Made by a program: the position numbers and the translations under genes. The notes below the pieces were generated by a model that was not told where the DNA came from, made no database searches, and worked only from the letters and a program-made list of their open reading frames with translations. From assembly GCA_024695235.1 (NCBI GenBank), contig JAILIP010000019.1:13448-77447 (forward strand): a DNA stretch of 64,000 nucleotides, in the 5' to 3' direction. Below are positions 29,204 through 39,670 of the stretch, in pieces; the stretch's first letter is position 1, and the number at the start of each line of letters is the position of its first letter. The stretch comes from Bacilli bacterium (GTDB lineage: Bacteria; Bacillota_I; Bacilli_A; RFN20; CAG-826).

Positions 29204-30643
29204 ATGGCAAATAACAATTTAGCAGTTAGATTTACTGATGAAATGTATGCGACAAGACCAGAAGTCGCTCGTGCACTTGGCACAAATTTAATTGACTCCA
29301 TTTGGAAACAAATTCTTGAATATCGTGAAGATTTTAAAAACGATAGCGGACTCTATGACATCTATAAAGAGCCACTCCATTTGATCTTCGCAAACAATGT
29401 TGTTAGAAAGACAAATGCTGTCAGCGATAGAATCAATCACACATTTGAAGAATATTCTTCAATGAGACCAAATTCCATCGAGCGTAATACGCTTCGCATG
29501 GATATGTTCAAGTCTGCATTGCGCTATGTCGCTAAATCAAAAGGCATCCTTGCTAATGATATTGCCTTAGAAAACATAGTTTATGGTCACAATACCAACC
29601 TTTTATACATGCCTCTTGTTAACTATTTCAATGCTTTGATGAAATTCGAGCAAAGCCCAACAGAACTAGTTGATGAATCTTTGATTGCTTCTTACTTAGA
29701 AGTTCTCAATGGTGGTGGAGAATTGCTCTCGTTCTATAGAACAAGTGAAATTTCTGTCCCTAGCCAAAAGGTTCTTATCAATAGAGAATATCAAGGTGCT
29801 CCTGTAGGCGAGATTGAACGTATGATGTCCAATCTTATTGATTTTATCAATAGACCGAACTTTGAATTATCTGTTAAAGTTGCTGTCATCGCCTATATGA
29901 TGAATTACATCAAACCATTCGAATTATATAATGAAGAAATTACAGTTCTTTTAATCAAACTTGCTCTTGGTAGATCTGGTCTTAAAGATGCCGCATCCAT
30001 TATTCCTCTTGAATCACTTTTATCAAATGATAAAGATGGACTCGCAAATGCTTCTAGAGAAACTCAAAAGAGCAAAGACTTAACTTACTATGTCCTAGAA
30101 TCACTCAAGGTTGTGGATGATTCTTTATCGTCAGTGCTCGATCGTATCGTGCAAGTGACACGTGATGAAGTCGAAAAAGCATTCTTCTCTGAAGAGGAAG
30201 AAGTAGTTCAACCAACACAAAGTGTTGAATCACAACTATTCACAACACCAGCTCCTACACCTACCTATGTAGTGAAGCCTGAACCTACTCAAAGCGCACC
30301 TGCTCCTGCATACGTTAAACCTCGTCCTGCCCCAAAGGTAGAAGTAGCAAACAACGAACCTAAAGTTAATGTTCATATATATCAACAAATGGACGAAAAA
30401 GCCTTAAAGGCAGCCGCTGAGGAGCTTTTAGAGAGTGACCCACATCTTCGCCCAGCCCAAGCCCATTTCTACGTCAGACACTGCTCTATGGGCAAGTACT
30501 ACACAATCCAACAATTCAAAAAAGAAGAAAGAGTCGTTTATGAAACAGCTCGTACTTCCATGGATAACCTCGCAAAGCGAGGATATTATAGACGTGAACA
30601 AGTTAAAAATAAGTTTGTTTACACACCAATCTCTAAAGAGTAA
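29204..30643 (+). CDS. Fic-fold protein with degenerate active-site motif, Pro/Ala/Thr-rich linker and C-terminal winged-helix domain
   Basis: IAYMMNYIKPFELYNEEITVLLIKLALGRSG aligns by eye to xxHxxFxxIHPFxDGNGRxxRLLxxxxL with H, D, G, G and R all replaced. C-terminus YYTIQQFKKEERVVYETARTSMDNLAKRGYYRRE is wHTH-like. Confidence 0.72.
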   Translation: MANNNLAVRFTDEMYATRPEVARALGTNLIDSIWKQILEYREDFKNDSGLYDIYKEPLHLIFANNVVRKTNAVSDRINHTFEEYSSMRPNSIERNTLRMDMFKSALRYVAKSKGILANDIALENIVYGHNTNLLYMPLVNYFNALMKFEQSPTELVDESLIASYLEVLNGGGELLSFYRTSEISVPSQKVLINREYQGAPVGEIERMMSNLIDFINRPNFELSVKVAVIAYMMNYIKPFELYNEEITVLLIKLALGRSGLKDAASIIPLESLLSNDKDGLANASRETQKSKDLTYYVLESLKVVDDSLSSVLDRIVQVTRDEVEKAFFSEEEEVVQPTQSVESQLFTTPAPTPTYVVKPEPTQSAPAPAYVKPRPAPKVEVANNEPKVNVHIYQQMDEKALKAAAEELLESDPHLRPAQAHFYVRHCSMGKYYTIQQFKKEERVVYETARTSMDNLAKRGYYRREQVKNKFVYTPISKE

Positions 30644-30657
30644 AATAGGAGAACATT

Positions 30658-30906
30658 ATGAGAACATTTGCTGCTGATTTATTACCTTTATGGATTATCC
30701 TTGCATTATTGGTCTTTTTTGGAGCAATGATTGCAGTTATTATCGTGGTTAAAAGAAAAACCAACAAAGTTGGTGTTAACGAAGAAGAAAAAGTTGACGA
30801 GCAAACAGCTGTTCAACAAGAGCTTGATCGCATCTTAGTTCCAATTGAAGATGACGAAGTTCAAACCGAAATGGAAAAAGCTATTTCTTCTGACAAAGAT
30901 GAATAA
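30658..30906 (+). CDS. Small single-pass membrane protein with acidic tail, unknown function
   Basis: RBS TAGGAGAA. TM LLPLWIILALLVFFGAMIAVIIVV. Stop overlaps the hemW start (ATGA). Confidence 0.65.
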   Translation: MRTFAADLLPLWIILALLVFFGAMIAVIIVVKRKTNKVGVNEEEKVDEQTAVQQELDRILVPIEDDEVQTEMEKAISSDKDE

Positions 30907-31990
30907 ACCTCGTTCGCTTTACATCCATATCCCTTTTTGTTCACACATTTGTCACTATTGTGACTTTGTAAAATTATTCTATAACAACAAATTTTCAGAG
31001 CCTTGTTTAAAGGCTCTTTTTGCTGAGATAGATTCTTATCACATCGATAAAGTCGACACAATCTATATTGGTGGAGGTACTCCAACATCTTTGAGTGATG
31101 AAGAGTTCACATCATTACTAGATAAAGTCAAAGACTTTCTTACCCCCAATGGCGAATTCACTGTTGAAGCTAATGTTGAGAATCTCACAAAAGAGAAACT
31201 CGAGATTATGAAAAGTAGGGGAGTTAACCGACTCTCCATAGGAGTGGAATCCACGAATGATGGAATACTCAAAGCGATCGGAAGATATCACACTTACGAA
31301 GAAGCTGTTAAAGTAGTGAAACTTGCAAAGCAATATATCTCAAACATCAATGTTGATTTGATCTATGGATTCCCTCATCAAAGCGAAGAAGACTTAAGAA
31401 AAGATATTAAAAATATCTTATCTCTTGATGTAGATCATATTTCCATCTATTCACTCATCGTTTCTGAATGCACGAAATTCTATAAAGATGGGGTGAAAGA
31501 ACAAGATCAAGATGAGTCGAGAAAATTCTACGACATCATTTTAAAAGAACTTAGAGAAAACGGATATGAGAGATATGAAATATCTAACTATGCAAGAAAC
31601 GGCAAATATTCGCGTCACAATCTCGTCTATTGGCATAACCAAGAGTACTATGGCGTGGGCTTAGGTGCTTCTGGATATATTGCTGGAGCACGATACACGA
31701 ACACAAAGAGCCTTAAACAATATCTTGAAGGCAACTGTGTTGATATCAAAGAAACGTTATCAAAAGATGAGCTTCTAGAAGAATACCTGTTATGCCATTT
31801 CAGATTAGAGAAAGGCTTCGCTAAAAACGATTTCAAAAATAGATTCGATCAAGAGTTCACTGAGGTGTTTAGAGGTAAAATCGATAGTCTAATTGAAAGA
31901 AAGTTGCTCATCATTGGCAAAGAAAATGTTCGTTTAAGTGATGACGGAATGGCCATCATGGATAACGTTATCGTGTCACTTTTAGGCTAA
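30899..31990 (+). CDS. hemW: Radical-SAM heme chaperone HemW (HemN-like)
   Basis: LYIHIPFCSHICHYCDF (CxxxCxxC). Follows lepA as in Bacillus. Start moved from track 30845 to ATG 30899. Confidence 0.9.
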   Translation: MNKPRSLYIHIPFCSHICHYCDFVKLFYNNKFSEPCLKALFAEIDSYHIDKVDTIYIGGGTPTSLSDEEFTSLLDKVKDFLTPNGEFTVEANVENLTKEKLEIMKSRGVNRLSIGVESTNDGILKAIGRYHTYEEAVKVVKLAKQYISNINVDLIYGFPHQSEEDLRKDIKNILSLDVDHISIYSLIVSECTKFYKDGVKEQDQDESRKFYDIILKELRENGYERYEISNYARNGKYSRHNLVYWHNQEYYGVGLGASGYIAGARYTNTKSLKQYLEGNCVDIKETLSKDELLEEYLLCHFRLEKGFAKNDFKNRFDQEFTEVFRGKIDSLIERKLLIIGKENVRLSDDGMAIMDNVIVSLLG

Positions 31991-32011
31991 AATTTACAAT
32001 ATTTTTGAGAA

Positions 32012-32036
32012 ATACCACTTTGTGGTGTTTTTATTT
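32012..32036 (+). terminator. Intrinsic terminator after hemW
   Basis: Stem ATACCAC / GTGGTGT with loop TTT, followed by TTTTTATTTTT. Confidence 0.65.
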
Positions 32037-32045
32037 TTGTAATTT

Positions 32046-32072
32046 TTAGCACTTAACGCTTGACAGTGCCAA
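32046..32072 (+). promoter_or_regulatory. CIRCE-like inverted repeat 1 (degenerate), overlapping the -35
   Basis: TTAGCACTT-N9-CAGTGCCAA versus consensus TTAGCACTC-N9-GAGTGCTAA. Confidence 0.55.
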
Positions 32073-32087
32073 AATCATCTTTATAAT
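32060..32087 (+). promoter_or_regulatory. hrcA operon promoter (TTGACA-16-TATAAT)
   Basis: TTGACA at 32060-32065 and TATAAT at 32082-32087. Confidence 0.6.
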
Positions 32088-32092
32088 ATGAG

Positions 32093-32119
32093 TTAGCACT
32101 CCGAAAAGGTGAGTGCCAA
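32093..32119 (+). promoter_or_regulatory. CIRCE operator (HrcA binding site)
   Basis: TTAGCACTC-CGAAAAGGT-GAGTGCCAA, one mismatch to the consensus, between the -10 and the RBS of hrcA. Confidence 0.82.
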
Positions 32120-32132
32120 ATAGGAGGCACAT

Positions 32133-33218
32133 ATGAATAGAAGAGATAAAGTCTTAAAACTAATCGTTGAACACTTCATCAAAAATGCTCAGCCAGTTGG
32201 TAGTAAGACGCTCATTGAAGAATATGGTCTTGATTATTCATCTGCGACAATCCGCAGCGAAATGAATGCTCTTGAACAAGACGGATATCTTGAGAAAACT
32301 CATACATCATCCGGACGCGTTCCTTCTTCAAAAGGATATAAATACTACATTGAGCACCTACGTGATAGAAGCATTGATGAAGAATTCAAATATCAAATGC
32401 AGACTGTTCTTGACCAAAAGGTCAAATCAATCCAAGATGTCATCACTCAATCATGTGAAATTCTCTCACAGATGACAAATCTTGCCTCGATTGTCTTAGG
32501 TCCTGGTGCTAAAGAAGAACATCTTGTCTCTGTTCAACTCGTGCCAATCTCAAATACAAGTGCAACATGCGTATTTGTTACCGATCAAGGATATGTTGAA
32601 AACAAAACCTTCCGCATTGACGAGAACACAAAACTCAGCGATGTCGAAGAATGTATCAAACTCCTCAACGATCGTCTCAAAGGAACATCGATTGCCGAAC
32701 TCGTTCCGAAGATGGAGGCCATTAGACCGCTTATCGATGACTATGTCATCAATCATGACGTCATCTACCAAGCCATGCTAGAAGCCTTCGTCGGATTCGC
32801 CAAAGATAGATTATCTGCCTTCGGCCAAGAGGAACTCTTCGATCAACCTGAATTCGCTAATGATGCGATGAAGATGAAAAAGTTACTTGAATTATTCAAT
32901 TCTCCAGAAGCATTCCGTGAAGTTGAAGAAAGCGATGACGAAGGAATCTCCATCCGCATCGGTGATGATGACGAAGACGTCTCCATTGTCCAAGCTAAGA
33001 TTAAAGTCCCTGGCAGCAATGAACGTTCCATCGCCGTCGTTGGTCCAAAGCGCATGGATTATGATAAGGTTGTCTCCTCATTAGAGTATCTAATGGAACT
33101 ATTAGATGAGTACTATGATGAGTCACCTAGAAAGGAAGCAAAAGGTGAAAGAGAAGAAAGAAAACAAACCTTCCAAGGAAGAGAAAACTCTCACGGAAGT
33201 GGAAAAGCTAAAAAGTGA
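32133..33218 (+). CDS. hrcA: Heat-inducible transcription repressor HrcA
   Basis: N-terminal wHTH (PVGSKTL...SSATIRSEM..LE..GYLEKTHTSSGRVPS). Head of the hrcA-grpE-dnaK-dnaJ operon. About 30-aa Lys/Glu-rich C-terminal tail overlapping grpE. Confidence 0.92.
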   Translation: MNRRDKVLKLIVEHFIKNAQPVGSKTLIEEYGLDYSSATIRSEMNALEQDGYLEKTHTSSGRVPSSKGYKYYIEHLRDRSIDEEFKYQMQTVLDQKVKSIQDVITQSCEILSQMTNLASIVLGPGAKEEHLVSVQLVPISNTSATCVFVTDQGYVENKTFRIDENTKLSDVEECIKLLNDRLKGTSIAELVPKMEAIRPLIDDYVINHDVIYQAMLEAFVGFAKDRLSAFGQEELFDQPEFANDAMKMKKLLELFNSPEAFREVEESDDEGISIRIGDDDEDVSIVQAKIKVPGSNERSIAVVGPKRMDYDKVVSSLEYLMELLDEYYDESPRKEAKGEREERKQTFQGRENSHGSGKAKK

Positions 33219-33699
33219 TCTAGAGCATTGGAAAAATGAGTACTACCGTGCTTATGCTGACATGCAAAACCTTCGAAAGAAAGTAGAAGCCGATCACCGT
33301 GAAGCTATCAAATATCGTGCTGAAGGATTCGTTGATAATCTTCTCCCAATACTAGATGGCTTCCATATGGCGCTTCAAAATGAAGCGAGCAGTGTGGAAA
33401 TGAAAAACTTCCTCACTGGATTCCAATACATCTATCGTAATCTCGTCAGCGTGCTTGAAAATGAAGGTGTTGCCGAATTCGCTCCGAAGGTAGGAGATAC
33501 ATTCGATGCCTCATTCATGCAAGCTGTCGAAACAGTCGTTGATGAAAAGAACCCAAACAAAGTTACTAAAGTAATCACAAATGGTTACAAACTCCATGAT
33601 CATCTTATTCGTCCAGCCATGGTAGTTGTCTCAATTAAAGAGAAAATAGACGAACAAAAATCCGAAGAAAATCAAGAAGCCCACGAAGTGGACGCCTAA
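33106..33699 (+). CDS. grpE: Nucleotide exchange factor GrpE
   Basis: YRAYADMQNLRKK...GYKLHDHLIRPAMVVV. The real start may be GTG 33145 behind GAAAGGAAG. Either start overlaps hrcA. Confidence 0.9.
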   Translation: MSTMMSHLERKQKVKEKKENKPSKEEKTLTEVEKLKSDLEHWKNEYYRAYADMQNLRKKVEADHREAIKYRAEGFVDNLLPILDGFHMALQNEASSVEMKNFLTGFQYIYRNLVSVLENEGVAEFAPKVGDTFDASFMQAVETVVDEKNPNKVTKVITNGYKLHDHLIRPAMVVVSIKEKIDEQKSEENQEAHEVDA

Positions 33700-33715
33700 C
33701 ATAGGAGGATAATAA

Positions 33716-35533
<1,818 letters not shown>

Positions 35534-35555
35534 TTTACTTGTAAATTAAAACAAC

Positions 35556-35584
35556 AAGCGTGGGGGATATATTCCCCTTCGCTT
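35556..35584 (+). other. Stem-loop between dnaK and dnaJ (attenuator or processing signal?)
   Basis: AAGCG-T-GGGG...CCCC-TT-CGCTT with no clean T-run. Confidence 0.35.
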
Positions 35585-35607
35585 TGTCAGTTTAGAAAGG
35601 ATGAAGT

Positions 35608-36741
35608 ATGGCAAAACGTGATTTCTATGAAGTTCTCGGTGTTGATAAGAAAGCATCTAAAGATGATATCAAGTCAGCCTACCGTAAACTCGCTAAAAAA
35701 TATCACCCAGACCTTAACCATGAACCAGATGCTGCTGAAAAGTTTAAAGAAGTTCAGGAAGCATATGATGTACTTTATGACGATAAGAAGCGTCAAATGT
35801 ACGACCAATTTGGTATGGCGGCATTTGAACAAGGTGCATCAACTGGCGGTGCAGGCAATCCATTCCAAGGTGGAGGATTCTCCTCACAAGGTTTTGGTGG
35901 TGTTGACTTAGGCGATATCTTTTCATCCTTCTTTGGTGGAGGCCGTCGCCAAGCAAACTACGGCCCAAGACGTGGGGACGATTTAACCCAACGCATTCGC
36001 GTTCAATTCATGGACGCAATCACAGGTAAGAAAGTTCTTGTTCCAATTAGCTATGATGAAACATGTGAACATTGTGGTGGAACAGGCGCCAAGACTGCCA
36101 ATGACCAACACACATGTAAACGCTGTGGTGGTAAAGGCTACATTAGAACCCAACAAAGAACACTCTTTGGAGTGATGGAAGGACAAAGTGTATGTCCTGA
36201 CTGTGGTGGTTCAGGCAAAATCATCGACGTTAAATGTGATCACTGCGGTGGTAAAGGCTATGTTCACGTGAAACGTGATTATGAAGTTAACATCCCAGCT
36301 GGTATCAATGCCGGACAACAAATTAGAGTCCGTGGCAAAGGCGAAAGAGGCGTCAATGGTGGAGAGAATGGTGATCTCTATTTAGAGATTGTCATCGTAC
36401 CACACGAATTCTTCAGAAGAGATGGCAACGATATCCATATCGATATCCCTCTAAGCTTCGTTGACGCAGCATTAGGCAAGAAAATTGATGTTCCGACCGT
36501 CTATGGCGAGGTTGAAGTGGAAGTCCCTGCTGGATCTCAACCAAATCAAATACTCCGTCTAAAAGGACGCGGTATCAAAGATATGCGTAGAGGTACTCCT
36601 GGAGATCAATACATCCATCTTCAAATCAAGACTCCAACAAAGTTGTCTAAAGAACAAAAGAAGCTTCTTGAGGAATATCAAAAGAGTGAAGTCAAAGGCG
36701 AATCATTCTTCGATAAATTCAAAAAAGCCTTCAAACGTTAA
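35608..36741 (+). CDS. dnaJ: Co-chaperone DnaJ
   Basis: J domain with HPD, Gly/Phe region, four CxxCxGxG zinc motifs. Confidence 0.97.
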   Translation: MAKRDFYEVLGVDKKASKDDIKSAYRKLAKKYHPDLNHEPDAAEKFKEVQEAYDVLYDDKKRQMYDQFGMAAFEQGASTGGAGNPFQGGGFSSQGFGGVDLGDIFSSFFGGGRRQANYGPRRGDDLTQRIRVQFMDAITGKKVLVPISYDETCEHCGGTGAKTANDQHTCKRCGGKGYIRTQQRTLFGVMEGQSVCPDCGGSGKIIDVKCDHCGGKGYVHVKRDYEVNIPAGINAGQQIRVRGKGERGVNGGENGDLYLEIVIVPHEFFRRDGNDIHIDIPLSFVDAALGKKIDVPTVYGEVEVEVPAGSQPNQILRLKGRGIKDMRRGTPGDQYIHLQIKTPTKLSKEQKKLLEEYQKSEVKGESFFDKFKKAFKR

Positions 36742-36748
36742 AGAAATT

Positions 36749-36773
36749 GACCGAGTAAAATCGGTCTTTTTTT
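36749..36773 (+). terminator. Intrinsic terminator of the dnaK operon
   Basis: Stem GACCGA / TCGGTC followed by T7. Confidence 0.8.
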
Positions 36774-36837
36774 AACAAACTTTATTGATAATTAAAGTAA
36801 TTTTTGCTAAAAATTATATGTATTTGGAGATAAGAGT

Positions 36838-37281
36838 ATGCCTAAATGTAAAAACTGCAACGCTGAATTAAGTAGACTTGATAAAGATATTTGCCCGTTC
36901 TGTGGGACTCTCAAACCTTTTGATGGTCAAGAAAACTATGAGACCGAAGATGTCACAAAAGCATTCGATCCTATTAAGGATGATTTAGAAGACATCAAAT
37001 ATAAGAGCAAAGTTGTCTGTGCTATCTTGGCGATGACACTTGGTGTTTTTGGTGCTCATTTCTTCTACTTAGGCAAGAAGAAGCTTGGCCTTATCATGAT
37101 TGCTATTACAGCTGTTTTTGTTGCATCCATCGGATGTGCTTTGTTCTTCACAGGTGCACTCCATAATGTATTCGCATTCCTTATCCCATATTTCGCTTTA
37201 GAAGCCGCAATGATTGCCTCTGGAGTTATCACACTTCTTAGAAGTGATATTGTAGATGCTCGTGGAGAGTTCTTAAAATAA
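36838..37281 (+). CDS. Zinc-ribbon plus TM2-domain membrane protein
   Basis: CKNC...CPFCG ribbon. TM2-like hairpin AILAMTLGVFGAHFFYLGKKKLGLIMI. RBS GGAGATAAG. Confidence 0.8.
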   Translation: MPKCKNCNAELSRLDKDICPFCGTLKPFDGQENYETEDVTKAFDPIKDDLEDIKYKSKVVCAILAMTLGVFGAHFFYLGKKKLGLIMIAITAVFVASIGCALFFTGALHNVFAFLIPYFALEAAMIASGVITLLRSDIVDARGEFLK

Positions 37282-38000
37282 TGCAAAGATATTTCGCCTC
37301 AGTTATCGGAAATAATGTTCTCCTTTCAGAAGAAGACGCTTTTCACTTGACTAAAGTGATGCGCGCTAGAAAAGGCGAAGAGATCGAAGTTGTTAATGAA
37401 GATATCCCATACCTTTGTAAAATCACCGAACTTAAACCACTCACCATTAAAGTAGTGGAGAAGATCAAAGAAAAAAGAGAACTTCCAAACGATGTCACTT
37501 TAATATGCGCTCTTATCAAAGGTGATAAGCTTGATTTTGTTTTACAAAAAGCTACCGAAATCGGTGTCAAAGAAATCGTTTTAATCACCACTGATAGAAC
37601 AGTCGTGAAACCAAACAGTTTCAATACATCCAAAAAACTTGAAAGATATCACAAGATTCTAAGAGAAGCTTCAATGCAATCTCATCGTAATAAAATTCCT
37701 GAACTTTATCGATTAATCGATATGAGCAAGTTAAGCACCGTCCGTGCTGATCGTAAAATTATCGCTTATGAAGGTGAAGCTGGAAACACTAAATCATTCT
37801 GGGATGCCCTTAAGGGAATTCAACCAAAAGAGAAAATTGCTATCTTAGTTGGTCCTGAAGGAGGCTTCTCACCAATCGAAGTCAAGAAAGCCCAAGCAAG
37901 CGGCTATGTTCCTGTCTCCTTAGGTAATCGTATCCTAAGAGCCGAAACGGCCTCTATATACGCTTTAAGCGTGCTTTCTTGCTATCTTGAACGTAAATAA
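37281..38000 (+). CDS. rsmE: 16S rRNA (uracil1498-N3)-methyltransferase RsmE
   Basis: PUA-like N-terminus, GPEGGFSPIE, LGNRILRAETA. Confidence 0.9.
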   Translation: MQRYFASVIGNNVLLSEEDAFHLTKVMRARKGEEIEVVNEDIPYLCKITELKPLTIKVVEKIKEKRELPNDVTLICALIKGDKLDFVLQKATEIGVKEIVLITTDRTVVKPNSFNTSKKLERYHKILREASMQSHRNKIPELYRLIDMSKLSTVRADRKIIAYEGEAGNTKSFWDALKGIQPKEKIAILVGPEGGFSPIEVKKAQASGYVPVSLGNRILRAETASIYALSVLSCYLERK

Positions 38001-38001
38001 C

Positions 38002-39252
38002 ATGAACTTCAAACTCATCTCACTTGGCTGTAAGGTCAATTTCTACGAAAGTGCTGCTTTGCGAAACCTCTTCATCAAAGAGGGATTTTTTGAAAGTGAT
38101 GATGCTGATATTGTTGTTATTAATACATGTTCAGTCACAGCCGTAGCTGATCAAAAGTCCCGTCAAATCATTCGCCGTGAACGTAGGAAAAATGAAAAGG
38201 CCATAGTGGTGGTAATGGGCTGCTATTCTCAAAAAAACGCTGAATATGTAGTTTCTAATTGCGGAGCCAACATCGTTGTCGGAACATCCAATAGAGACAA
38301 GATTATTGACTATGTCAATGACTACATCAAAAACAAGAAAACTATCGTTAAGATTGATAAAGATACAAGGCATTTGAAGTACGAATCTTTCCATACCTTT
38401 ATCACTCCTGATTCCACAAGAGCGTACATCAAAGTCGAAGACGGCTGTAACAACTTCTGTTCTTATTGCACGATCCCATACACTCGTGGACAAGCTCGCT
38501 CGAGAGATAAACAAGAAATTATCGATGAGATAACATACCTCATCGGTCAAGGATACAAAGAATTTGTATTGTCTGGTATTCATACCGCTCATTATGGGGT
38601 GGATTTAAAAGACACAACATTCTCCGATTTAGTTGAAGAGATTTGCAACATTCCTGATATGTATCGTGTGAGAATTTCTTCGATTGAAGAAAGTGAGATA
38701 GATGATAAGTTTATCGAACTCTTAAAAGTATACCCAAGCATTGCTGATCATTTGCATATGCCAATTCAAAGCGGATCATCCTCTGTCTTAAAAAGAATGA
38801 ATCGTAAGTACAATGTCGATGACTTCTTAAAGAAGGTTGAACGCATTCGCGAAGTTAGACCAGACATCGCTATTACAACAGATGTCATCGTTGGATTCCC
38901 AGGAGAAACAGAAGAAGAATTCATGGAAACTTTTAATTTTATTAAAAAGGTTGGCTTTGCTGAACTCCATGTATTCCCATTTTCTGCTCGTGAGAACACA
39001 GCCGCATATTACATGAAAGACAAAGTCTCTCCAGAAGTGAAACAAGAACGTGTTAAAAAACTCATTGAATTAAGTGATAAGTTAGCAGCAGACTATAAGT
39101 CTAAGTTTATCGGACAAGAGCTCGAAGTCATTCTCGAGGAGAGAAACAAGAAGACAAATATGCTATCTGGCTTCACATCTAACTATTTAAAATTAAGTGT
39201 TGATTTACCTGATAGTTATATTGGCAAAGTTGTCGCGGTCAAAGTGCGATAA
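38002..39252 (+). CDS. mtaB: tRNA t6A37 methylthiotransferase MtaB (MiaB-like radical SAM)
   Basis: LGCKVNFYES, NTCSVT, GCNNFCSYCTIPYTRG, TRAM-like C-terminus. ATG 38002 preferred over track TTG 37987. Confidence 0.88.
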   Translation: MNFKLISLGCKVNFYESAALRNLFIKEGFFESDDADIVVINTCSVTAVADQKSRQIIRRERRKNEKAIVVVMGCYSQKNAEYVVSNCGANIVVGTSNRDKIIDYVNDYIKNKKTIVKIDKDTRHLKYESFHTFITPDSTRAYIKVEDGCNNFCSYCTIPYTRGQARSRDKQEIIDEITYLIGQGYKEFVLSGIHTAHYGVDLKDTTFSDLVEEICNIPDMYRVRISSIEESEIDDKFIELLKVYPSIADHLHMPIQSGSSSVLKRMNRKYNVDDFLKKVERIREVRPDIAITTDVIVGFPGETEEEFMETFNFIKKVGFAELHVFPFSARENTAAYYMKDKVSPEVKQERVKKLIELSDKLAADYKSKFIGQELEVILEERNKKTNMLSGFTSNYLKLSVDLPDSYIGKVVAVKVR

Positions 39253-39354
39253 CATCGAATAAATTTACTAAAAAATTAAACATTGTTTGAATAATTATTG
39301 CATTTTGGTCTATATAATTTATAATTATTCGCAGTCAATTAGGAGGAATTTAAT

Positions 39355-39627
39355 ATGGCAGTCCCATTCAGAAGAACTTCAAAGACATCAAAAAGAATGC
39401 GTCGTACACACTTCAAACTCTCTGTGTCCGGACTCGTTAAATGCCCTAACTGCGGTGCAACAATCAAATCACACAATGTTTGCCCAAAGTGCGGTCATTA
39501 TGATGGTAAAGATGTCATGGCTAAAAAGGATAAATCAGTTGTTGATGTAAAACCTGCTCCAAAAGCAGCTAAGAAACCAGCAGCTAAGAAAGCTCCTGCT
39601 AAAAAGCCAGCCGAAAAGAGTGAATAG
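39355..39627 (+). CDS. rpmF: 50S ribosomal protein L32 with about 40-aa Lys/Ala/Pro-rich C-terminal extension
   Basis: [17 protein letters not shown], Zn ribbon CPNCG...CPKCG, then [32 protein letters not shown]. Confidence 0.93.
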   Translation: MAVPFRRTSKTSKRMRRTHFKLSVSGLVKCPNCGATIKSHNVCPKCGHYDGKDVMAKKDKSVVDVKPAPKAAKKPAAKKAPAKKPAEKSE

Positions 39628-39670
39628 TATTCACACCTTGTGATATAATCAACTTATAGAGGTAACAAAA

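Noticed and set aside
39287-39550. 87-aa ORF overlapping rpmF in another frame.
   Set aside because: It starts inside the rpmF promoter region without an RBS, and the overlapping frame encodes an unmistakable L32.
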